Assembly (NCBI GenBank): GCA_046484135.1
Contig: JAWOBU010000041.1
Span: 1 to 15,895 of the forward strand
Origin: a bacterium
GTDB taxonomy: Bacteria; RBG-13-61-14; DATKZS01
Direction of reading: 5' to 3'
Length of the DNA: 15,895 bases
Below are positions 1 to 6,903 of this stretch, one piece after another (position 1 is the first letter of the stretch; each line of letters begins with the position of its first letter). A program made the position numbers and the translations under genes. The notes below the pieces were generated by a model that worked only from the letters and a program-made list of their open reading frames with translations, ran no database searches and was not told the origin of the DNA.

Positions 1-2
1 GG

Positions 3-120
3 TTGATCCTCTTTTTTGTGATTATCACGATTATGGATGTGGCGTTACGATATTTCTTTCAGGCGCCGACCCTGTGGGCAAGAGAACTGGTCGCCAGGCT
101 GTTCGGTCCCTTGTGGATGC
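3..120 (+). pseudogene. Fragment of a TRAP transporter small permease (DctQ-like), cut at ~120
   Basis: Frame starting at nt 3 reads LILFFVIITIMDVALRYFFQAPTLWARELVARLFGPLWM, matching the DctQ pattern (V..RY.F..PT.WA.E). After nt 120 the frame becomes unrelated and stops at TGA 174-176. Not in the supplied ORF track. Confidence 0.75.
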
Positions 121-1254
121 ATGGAAGAGTCGGTGCTGGTTCCGCTGGAGGCCGCGGCCATTATCCAGTACTTTGACGGCAGCCGCAGTATAAGGGAAAT
201 CCAGGAAGAGCTGACCCGCCAGACCGGCCAGCTCATTGACTCCGACCTGATCGAAAACCTGGTCCGGCAACTGGATGAAAAGCTCTTGCTCGACTCGCCG
301 CGCTTTCACGGCCACGTGATGAAGCTGAACGAGGAGTGGGCCGCTCAAGAGGTCCGCCCCCCCCTGCACGCGGGAAATTCCTACCCCGCAGAAAAGGAAA
401 AGTTGAAAAGGTTCCTGGACGGCTTCTACACCGCTCCGGACGGGCCCGGCGAGTTGCCGGGAGAGAGGAAGACAAGCGACCTCAAGGGAATAGTCGCGCC
501 TCACATGAGCATAAACGACTCGGGTGCGTGCACCGCCCACGCATTCAAGACTCTGGCCGAGAACACCGACGCCTCGCTCTTCATTATCTTCGGCACCGCC
601 CACATGGAAGACCAGCGCGTGTTCATCATGTCGGACAAGGACTTCCGGACCCCGCTGGGCACGGCCCGCACCGACAAGGACCTGGTAAATCGCATCTGCC
701 GGCTCCAGAGCAACAGGAACCCGCTCCATGACTACATCCACAAGCAGGAGCACTCGGTCGAGTTCATGGTGGTCTTTCTCCAGCATGCACTGGCCAACCC
801 CGAGGTCCGCGTCCTGCCCGTCTTGTGCAACGGGTTCCAGCCATCCATCATAAGCGGCATGTCCCCTCAAAAAGAGCCCGGCTTCAAGGACTTCATGACC
901 GCACTTAGGACCGCTCTCTCGGAAAGGAACGAAAAGGTCTGCTTTATTGCCGGCGCTGACCTGGCCCACCTCGGGCCCAGGTACGGGGACCAGGAAAACT
1001 ACGGGCCCGCCCGCATGAAAGAAGAGGAGGCGGAAGACAGGAAGATGCTCGACCATCTTGCGCAAGGGGACGCCGAGTCCTTCTTCCTGGAAGTGGCGAA
1101 ACAAAAGGACAAAAGAAGAATCTGCGGCCTCCCGCCCGCCTATGCCGCGGCCACGGCCTCGGAAGCCCGGAAAGCCGAGCTTTTAAAGTGGTCCTACTGG
1201 TACGACAACCAGACCTACTCGATAGTAACCTTCGCTTCCCTCGCCCTGTATTAA
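121..1254 (+). CDS. amrB: Memo-family protein (AmmeMemoRadiSam system protein B type) with N-terminal PqqD-like winged-helix region; true 5' end probably missing
   Basis: Motifs HAGNSYP, GIVAPH, IIFGTAH, HKQEHSVEF, GADLAHLG, RICG. N-terminal IIQYFDGSRSIREIQEEL...LVRQLDEKLLLDS. Track residues from 37-120 are an out-of-frame reading of the DctQ fragment. Confidence 0.88.
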   Translation: MEESVLVPLEAAAIIQYFDGSRSIREIQEELTRQTGQLIDSDLIENLVRQLDEKLLLDSPRFHGHVMKLNEEWAAQEVRPPLHAGNSYPAEKEKLKRFLDGFYTAPDGPGELPGERKTSDLKGIVAPHMSINDSGACTAHAFKTLAENTDASLFIIFGTAHMEDQRVFIMSDKDFRTPLGTARTDKDLVNRICRLQSNRNPLHDYIHKQEHSVEFMVVFLQHALANPEVRVLPVLCNGFQPSIISGMSPQKEPGFKDFMTALRTALSERNEKVCFIAGADLAHLGPRYGDQENYGPARMKEEEAEDRKMLDHLAQGDAESFFLEVAKQKDKRRICGLPPAYAAATASEARKAELLKWSYWYDNQTYSIVTFASLALY

Positions 1255-1298
1255 TTCGCGGAAACACTCCGGTGGGCGCTGCAAAAATAACGAAACAG

Positions 1299-1336
1299 GT
1301 GGGAGCGACTTTAGTCGCGAGTGAACTCGCTCGCAC
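1299..1336. repeat. GTRG-family REP doublet (REPIN-like) between convergent genes
   Basis: GTGGGAGCGACTTTAGTCGCGA (1299-1320) and an inverted copy GTGCGAGCGAGTTCACTCGCGA (minus strand, 1336-1315) share the TCGCGA end. Each has an internal 6-bp hairpin. Confidence 0.7.
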
Positions 1337-1366
1337 ATATCACAAGAGATTTCCTTTGACAGCATA

Positions 1367-2596
1367 CTAGATCGAACTACCGAGCTTTGCCGCCAGAAAG
1401 CCCCGTGCAAGGTCGGTTAACCGGGTCGCAAGCGGTCCGCTGATCCCTTTTTTGGCGAGCGCGTAAGTGAGAGCCATGGGCGGTATGGGGCATCCGGGAA
1501 TAAAGGTCCCGAGGTGGCTGTGTTCTTTGGCGCAGTCTCCGATAACAAAGGTCTTTCTTTTGGAAAGTCCCGGCGGGATGTCCTGCACCGGCTTTCCTAT
1601 GATAAAGGCGCATCCTTTGATCGGCTTCCACCTGTGTACCTGTGCCCACCTGTCCAGCGTACCCCGCACCATGCCCAGGCATCCTTCCGGGCAGGCCAGC
1701 TCATGACCCACCAGAAAACGAATGGAGCGATGATACCCCTCGAAGCCGGTGTGCGGCCGGAGCAGCCTCCGCGAACGCTCTTCCAGTAAATTCTTGCCTT
1801 GGACCTCGATCTCCGACAGCTCGATGGGGCCCAAGCCCTGCTCGTGCACGTAAACCAGGTGGGGGACCTCGGAAGGCTCAAAGCCCATGAGCCGGCAGCA
1901 GACCGTGTCCACCGCCGGACCGTTGTCGCCGGCCACCAGAACTCCCAGCGGCGATGGCTCCGCGTGCATGGGGCCCTGACCTTCGCCCGCCATCACGGCG
2001 TCGGTAACGATGAAGTCCGGGACCCGCGCCCGGTAGAGGTCCGCGATCTTTTTATGGATGTTGTAATGGTGGTTGGAAAGCCGGTCCTGTCCGAGCAGCA
2101 GGCCCACGTGGTTTTTCACGGACAGGGTAACCTTGGCGTACATGTTGACCTTGAGCTTGGGAAGGCTTATGAACAAGTCCGCGTCCATGAGCTTTTTGGG
2201 AAGATAAAAGGTGTCCTCTATTTGTGCGTTATCAACCTTGACCTCGACCCGGTCCTCGTCCTGGAGGTAGACCGGCTCGGCAACCCCCTTTAAGTACGGC
2301 ATGACCCCCATGGCCGCGAACCCGCACTGGGAAGGGCCCACCAGGCAGTCCTCGCCCACCCAAACCTTGCGCGCACCCAGGTCCTTTAACGCCCGGGCCA
2401 CTCCGCCTACCACCGCGGGCTGGGTGTTCACACCCTGGTTCAACGGCGGCCGGGCGGGATAGACAAAGCTCGGCTTTACGAACACGCTCCGGTCCTTGAC
2501 GGATGGCGCGAGTTCTTCCAAAGCTTGCCGCACTTGGGAGTGAATGGACTCGATCTCATAAGAAGGCTGGTTTATAAGTCGGACAGTCGGTTTCAT
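1367..2596 (-). CDS. DUF362 domain-containing protein with C-terminal Cys-rich (putative Fe-S) region
   Basis: VFVKPSFV, NTQPAVVGGV, FISLPKLK, VTLSVKNHVG, DAVMAGEGQGP, PAVDTVCCRLMG; C-terminal CPEGC, IGDCA, IPGCP. ATG at 2596 preferred over the track's TTG at 2632, which lies in the -35 box. Confidence 0.85.
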   Translation of the reverse strand: MKPTVRLINQPSYEIESIHSQVRQALEELAPSVKDRSVFVKPSFVYPARPPLNQGVNTQPAVVGGVARALKDLGARKVWVGEDCLVGPSQCGFAAMGVMPYLKGVAEPVYLQDEDRVEVKVDNAQIEDTFYLPKKLMDADLFISLPKLKVNMYAKVTLSVKNHVGLLLGQDRLSNHHYNIHKKIADLYRARVPDFIVTDAVMAGEGQGPMHAEPSPLGVLVAGDNGPAVDTVCCRLMGFEPSEVPHLVYVHEQGLGPIELSEIEVQGKNLLEERSRRLLRPHTGFEGYHRSIRFLVGHELACPEGCLGMVRGTLDRWAQVHRWKPIKGCAFIIGKPVQDIPPGLSKRKTFVIGDCAKEHSHLGTFIPGCPIPPMALTYALAKKGISGPLATRLTDLARGFLAAKLGSSI

Positions 2597-2603
2597 GTGA
2601 AAA

Positions 2604-2632
2604 ATAGTACCAGCCAGAAAGATGAATGGCAA
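2604..2632 (-). promoter_or_regulatory. sigma70-type promoter of the DUF362 gene (probably leaderless)
   Basis: TTGCCA-17 nt-TACTAT with TGn extension; the -10 box ends 7 nt before the ATG; no Shine-Dalgarno. Confidence 0.65.
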
Positions 2633-2674
2633 TTGCAGCCGGGATGCTGTAAGGCGCCGCTGCCGCGCCGGTTC

Positions 2675-3457
2675 TTACCACGACGCGGCGACGGCCATGC
2701 CGTACTTATCGTCCCGGTAGAGGGGCATGGCCAGCACGTCCGCCTCATGAAAGCGGACCTTGTAGGGGTAGGGGTCGTAGTTTTGGGACACGGAGTAGCC
2801 GGTAACCATGGCAATGGTCGCTCCCATGACCACGTCGGAGACCCAGTGGGCCTGGACGTCCATGCGTGCCAGGCCGGTGATGACTGCGAAGGTATAGGCG
2901 GGCGCTCCCAGCTTCCAGCCGAACCGGTCGTGAAGCACGGCCGCGGTGCAGAAGGCGGTGCCGGTATGTCCGGAGGGAAAGGACTTGTAGCTTGACTCGT
3001 TGGGCCTCTCCTTGTGGGCGATGGGTTTTATGATGTTGATGATGGCGCCCTGGATGAGCTGTGCCTCGAGCAGGGCCTCACCTGCGGAGGCGACCTCTTC
3101 GTTCTGGTAGTGGTAGCCGCCGGTCATAATGGAGAGGGCCAGCACTCCCTGGAAGATGCCTTCTCCCCACCAGTCGTTCCCGAACTCGGCCATTCCCCAG
3201 GCCAGCTCGTGGTCCTTGTAGTAGTCGTTTACCTGCCAGTCGTACTGGTGGGCCACCACGGAGAGAGCTCCTCCCGCGGCCAGGTATCCCCAGTTCTTCG
3301 GCTCGGTAAAGGTGGTCTTGGTGTCGTACCACAGGTGAGGAAGGAAAGCCTCCTTGAAGTAGAGCTTCATGCGGGAGCCTATCCTGCTCTCCGGATACGC
3401 GGTGGCCGGAAGAAGCAAAAGAACCGCGAGCAGCAGTATTTTCGCTTGACGGGACAT
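2675..3457 (-). CDS. PAP2-family phosphatase with N-terminal signal peptide
   Basis: Motifs K-x6-RP (KPIAHKERP), SFPSGH, ARMDVQAHWVSDV; hydrophobic N-terminus; AAGGAGG RBS upstream. Confidence 0.92.
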   Translation of the reverse strand: MSRQAKILLLAVLLLLPATAYPESRIGSRMKLYFKEAFLPHLWYDTKTTFTEPKNWGYLAAGGALSVVAHQYDWQVNDYYKDHELAWGMAEFGNDWWGEGIFQGVLALSIMTGGYHYQNEEVASAGEALLEAQLIQGAIINIIKPIAHKERPNESSYKSFPSGHTGTAFCTAAVLHDRFGWKLGAPAYTFAVITGLARMDVQAHWVSDVVMGATIAMVTGYSVSQNYDPYPYKVRFHEADVLAMPLYRDDKYGMAVAASW

Positions 3458-3488
3458 GGCGATCCTCCTTTGGAAGGGGGGTAAAGCC

Positions 3489-5003
3489 TTACTCCTTTTG
3501 CCCTCCCCGCTGGGAGACCACTGCGTTTATCTTTTTGCCGGAGGATTGATCGGCCGCGGCCACGGTCAGTATGCCGTCTGCGTTCACGGCAAAGGTAACG
3601 TCAATCTTGAGCTCGCCTTTTCTGTGGGGAGGCAGGTCTTTAAGAGAGACCTTGGCCAGGAGCTCGTTCTTGTCCGCCTCTCGGTGTTCTCCTTGCCGAA
3701 CGGTTATCTTGACGCTTTTCTGGTTGTCCTTGCCGGTGGAAAAGGTTTCGGTACGCTTTATGGGGGTCTGGCTGTTTCTTTCGATCAGGCTCTTGAACCG
3801 GTTGCCGGGCAGCTCCAGCCCGATGGACATGGGCACCACGTCCAGAAGCAGGATGCCGGTCTCTCCCCTGGACATGATGTCGGCCATGATGGCCGCGCCT
3901 ATGGCCACCGCCTCGTCAGGATGGACCCCCTTGGAGGGGCTCTTCCCGAAGTGGTTTTTTATCTTCTCCCAGATAAGCGGCATCCTGGTCTGGCCGCCTA
4001 CCAGCACGATCTCGTGGATATCGCCGGGCCCCATGTTGCCGAGCTCGAGCGCCTGGTTGCAGATTTCTATGGTCCTGTCCACCAGCGAGGACACCATCTT
4101 GGCGAAGGAGTCCCTGGTAACCGAGTACTCCATGTTATGAGGCCCGGCCTCCCCGGAGGTGATAAAGGGAAGGCTTACCTGCGCCTCCTGCCGGAGGCTC
4201 AGCTCTTTCTTGGCCTCCTCCGCGGCCAGCTTTACCCGCTGCATGGCGATCCGGTCGCCGATCAGATCAATGCCGGTGTCCTTCTGGAACTTAAGCGCCA
4301 GGTTTTCCGTCAGACGGTTGTCGAAATCCACGCCTCCCAGGAAGGTGTCGCCGTAGGTGGTGATTACCCGGTAGACGTCCTCCGATTGCTCCAGGGCGGA
4401 GACATCGAAGGTGCCGCCCCCCAGATCGTAAACAAGTATCTTCTTCTCCTTGCCCTTCCGGTAGCCGTAGGCCAGGGCCGCGGCAGTAGGCTCGTTTATG
4501 ATCCGGGCCACCTCGAGGTCGGCGAGCTCGCCAGCCAGCCGGACCGCGGACCTCTGCCGGTCCGTAAAGTGGGCGGGCACGGTGACCACCGCTTTGATGT
4601 CATCGTCCTTTAAGTACTCTTGGGCGGACTGCTTGATGGTCCGCAGGATCAGGGACGATATCTCCGGCACCGTGAAATGCCGGCCGTTGCCCAGGACCTC
4701 GACTTCTCCGCTCTTCCCTTCCACGATGTGGTAGTAAAACAGCTTCTTGACCTGCTGCACTACATGCGAGCTGTAAGGCCGCCCCAGAAGCCGCTTGGAC
4801 CCGTAGATGGTGTTCTCCGGGTTCATAAGGGCCTGGCGGGAAGCGTCCGTCCCTACCAGCAGCTCGTCCTTTTCCGTGAAGGCCACCACCGAGGGAATGT
4901 TAAGGTATCCCTTGGAAAACGGTATTATCCGTGGCTGCCCGTTTTCTACAATAGACGCGCACGAGTTGGTGGTCCCAAGATCAATGCCGATTATCTTCGT
5001 CAT
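3489..5003 (-). CDS. Hsp70/DnaK-family paralogue lacking the alpha-helical lid (504 aa)
   Basis: GIDLGTTNS, SKRLLG, TVPAHF, RIINEPTAAA, YDLGGGTFD, LGGVDFD, LVGGQTRMP, PDEAVAIGAA, linker LLLDVVP; ends right after the SBD-beta region. Confidence 0.95.
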   Translation of the reverse strand: MTKIIGIDLGTTNSCASIVENGQPRIIPFSKGYLNIPSVVAFTEKDELLVGTDASRQALMNPENTIYGSKRLLGRPYSSHVVQQVKKLFYYHIVEGKSGEVEVLGNGRHFTVPEISSLILRTIKQSAQEYLKDDDIKAVVTVPAHFTDRQRSAVRLAGELADLEVARIINEPTAAALAYGYRKGKEKKILVYDLGGGTFDVSALEQSEDVYRVITTYGDTFLGGVDFDNRLTENLALKFQKDTGIDLIGDRIAMQRVKLAAEEAKKELSLRQEAQVSLPFITSGEAGPHNMEYSVTRDSFAKMVSSLVDRTIEICNQALELGNMGPGDIHEIVLVGGQTRMPLIWEKIKNHFGKSPSKGVHPDEAVAIGAAIMADIMSRGETGILLLDVVPMSIGLELPGNRFKSLIERNSQTPIKRTETFSTGKDNQKSVKITVRQGEHREADKNELLAKVSLKDLPPHRKGELKIDVTFAVNADGILTVAAADQSSGKKINAVVSQRGGQKE

Positions 5004-5052
5004 TTTTGCGCTTACGTTTTTCCGGCTGCCAAGCGCCGATAGTCTTTCATCT

Positions 5053-5072
5053 AAAAGCCGGCGGAAACCGGC
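5053..5072 (-). terminator. Weak hairpin plus U-tract after the PilZ stop (possible terminator or attenuator)
   Basis: Minus strand GCCGG-TTTCCG-CCGGC followed by TTTT, starting 3 nt after the TGA. Confidence 0.3.
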
Positions 5073-5075
5073 CGC

Positions 5076-5768
5076 TCACTTCACCGGCGGGGCCAGGCCC
5101 AGAAATTCTTCGATGGCCTTGTGTTTCTCCCGGTCCATTTCCAGGAACCGGATGCCCATGCCGGTAACGCTCCCCGGCACCTGCGGGTCTTCGGTTGATA
5201 CCCGGACAACCTCGCCGGGAATCTCCAGCTCCCGGCCGGTAGTGGGATGCACCAGGGTGAGAATAAACTGGTCTCCCACCTGGCGGGCCTTATTGGTCTG
5301 GATAAATATGCCCCCCCGGCTCATGTCTTCCGAGTAGTCCTGCTGTAGTACGTCTTCGCTCGGAAACCTTACTTTAAGCCGCACCGCCCTTCGGCTGTGA
5401 CGGCGCCGGTCCTCTGTGCGGGTGTCCGGCTCTTCCTTGTAAAGGCTGGCTACGTACTCCTCCAGCTCTTGATGGGCGCCTTCCTCGAAGTCAACGAACT
5501 GAACCCCTATCCCCGGGTCCCAGCCCTGAGCATCAGCGGTCTCCGGGTCAATAACGTGAACAACCTCGCCCACCAGGTTAAGAGGGTCCTCCCGCTCCGG
5601 AAGCTTTAAGTTGATCTCGATTACCGTCTGCGGCTTAAGAGGGTTCCTGGTCTTGATGAAAAGACCGCCCTTGCTTATGTTCTTGGTGTACTCCCGGTAG
5701 AATTGATCAAAACTCTTAAAGACCACCTCTACCTTGGCGTCAATACGGAGTAGTTCCCGTCTGCCCAT
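5076..5768 (-). CDS. Tandem PilZ-domain protein (TIGR02266 type)
   Basis: Two homologous halves: RELLR...NISKGGLFI...VGEVVHV...GIGVQF and RRHSR...DMSRGGIFI...PGEVVRV...GMGIRF. RxxxR and D/NxSxGG motifs are present in both. Confidence 0.93.
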   Translation of the reverse strand: MGRRELLRIDAKVEVVFKSFDQFYREYTKNISKGGLFIKTRNPLKPQTVIEINLKLPEREDPLNLVGEVVHVIDPETADAQGWDPGIGVQFVDFEEGAHQELEEYVASLYKEEPDTRTEDRRRHSRRAVRLKVRFPSEDVLQQDYSEDMSRGGIFIQTNKARQVGDQFILTLVHPTTGRELEIPGEVVRVSTEDPQVPGSVTGMGIRFLEMDREKHKAIEEFLGLAPPVK

Positions 5769-5848
5769 TAAACCCGCCTGTTCTGCTCAGAAGAAATAAA
5801 TAAGTTAACGAAAATACGCACCGCTTATTCAGTTTAAAAGCTATATAT

Positions 5849-5878
5849 AGTGTAATCCGCTCCGCTTACCATTGTCAA
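5849..5878 (-). promoter_or_regulatory. sigma70-type promoter for the PilZ-Hsp70-PAP2 cluster
   Basis: Minus strand TTGACA (5878-5873)-18 nt-TACACT (5854-5849), AT-rich upstream; palindrome CTATATATAG (5841-5850) over the expected start site. Confidence 0.65.
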
Positions 5879-6008
5879 GAAAGTTAAAAACAAGGTAACG
5901 GCAATTCCGGAAGAAAGTACTCTTCCATGCTTTGTCCGAAATAAATTTTCATCTTACGCAGAGCATCCCTTCTTCATCCCTTCAGCTCTTTTTAGCCGAA
6001 TTTTTCAA

Positions 6009-6140
6009 GGGCTTGCGACATGTAAGGGGGTTTTAGGGAACTACACCTGCTTTAGAGTTGGGAACGCGGCCGTCTAGGCCGCAGATAAAAGCGGGCGGGG
6101 ACATTGGCGGTTTACTTGCCCCTCTTCATGTCGCAGGCCC
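6009..6140 (+). other. Long nested inverted repeat: candidate structured ncRNA or MITE-like element
   Basis: Outer stem 6009-6030 with 6120-6140 (21 bp, one bulge, two G-U). Inner stem CCTGCTTT (6046-6053) with AAAGCGGG (6088-6095). Apical hairpin GCGGCC-GTCTA-GGCCGC (6066-6082). Confidence 0.5.
6104..6120 (+). promoter_or_regulatory. Possible sigma54 -24/-12 promoter
   Basis: TTGGCGGTTTACTTGCC has the exact TGGC-N7-TTGC spacing but deviates at the AC and final W positions. Confidence 0.3.
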
Positions 6141-6258
6141 AAATTTTTTCAACTCCTCCTTTCATTTTTGATCGGGGTGTGATAATATAGAAAACGGTAA
6201 GGGTAATTTGTCCGAACGCGATTTCTGAAGGTGGAAAGCGGAAGATGCGGAGGTTGTC

Positions 6259-6744
6259 GTGGCTAACAAGAAGCAGGACGCACGGGCGAAGAGCGGAAAG
6301 AAGAAGAAGGGCAGCCTGGGCGGAAAGCTGATTAAGGCTTTACTTTTGGTTGCCTTGTTTGCCGGCTCGGGGTGGTGGCTGTTCTTCAGCGACTCGGACT
6401 CAAAGGCGCGACAGATATGCCTGGACAAGCTGTCCTTTATGGTGGACCGGCTGGACGAAGCCTCTCATGCCTGGGAACAGCGCTCTTCTCCGGCAAAGGA
6501 ACAAGGCGGGAAAGATGTCCGGCCGGAAAAGGCGGCGGAGGTCCCAAAAGAGAAGAACCAGGGGTCCGCTGTCAAGACAAGCGCTCCGGAGCCGACAGCG
6601 AAGAAGGGGTTCTCCGGACCGGAGGCATCCCGGGACAGCGGGTCCGAAAAAGAAGGGCAGCAAAAGCCGGCGCCCGCGGGCGAGGTCTCTGAAAAGGACA
6701 AGAAGGAGCTGAGGAGCCTGTTAAGAAAGCTCCAGTCTGAGTAA
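6259..6744 (+). CDS. Hypothetical single-pass membrane protein
   Basis: GGAGG RBS and GTG start; Lys-rich N-terminus, one hydrophobic helix (LIKALLLVALFAGSGWWLFF), low-complexity K/E/P/S/A region, helical C-terminus (SEKDKKELRSLLRKL). Confidence 0.8.
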   Translation: MANKKQDARAKSGKKKKGSLGGKLIKALLLVALFAGSGWWLFFSDSDSKARQICLDKLSFMVDRLDEASHAWEQRSSPAKEQGGKDVRPEKAAEVPKEKNQGSAVKTSAPEPTAKKGFSGPEASRDSGSEKEGQQKPAPAGEVSEKDKKELRSLLRKLQSE

Positions 6745-6903
6745 GATAAGGCTTTGTTGCCCGCGGCCCGGAAAATTTGCAAGGTTTTCCTGCAAAGACC
6801 GTCTCTTAAAAAAACGTTTGCAAGGACCCCGAAAAACGCGGTATTCAAGAATCCGCGATGAGAGCCGACAGGCAGAATTTTCGAAACCGTTTGCGGGTTC
6901 AGG

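Noticed and set aside
37..120. Cys-rich N-terminus (PCGQ...GCSVPCGC) of the 405-aa ORF as a metal-binding or RiPP-like segment
   Set aside because: It is an out-of-frame reading of the DctQ-like fragment.
31..1104. 357-aa minus-strand ORF and other long antisense ORFs (e.g. 10071-10874, 14464-15132)
   Set aside because: Shadows of well-supported genes caused by GC3 bias; no motifs.
3463..3481. Anti-SD hairpin or RNA thermometer before PAP2 (CCTTCC-AAA-GGAGG)
   Set aside because: Only about 5 bp with a 3-nt loop; too weak to support.
3456..4613. 385-aa plus-strand ORF antisense to Hsp70
   Set aside because: Long antisense ORFs are a well-known shadow of dnaK-family genes in GC-rich genomes; no family recognised.
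5053..5078. Selenocysteine/SECIS reading of the PilZ TGA plus hairpin
   Set aside because: The hairpin is short and too close to the UGA, and the position is a linker rather than a Cys-homologous catalytic site. Only generic readthrough is kept as a hypothesis.
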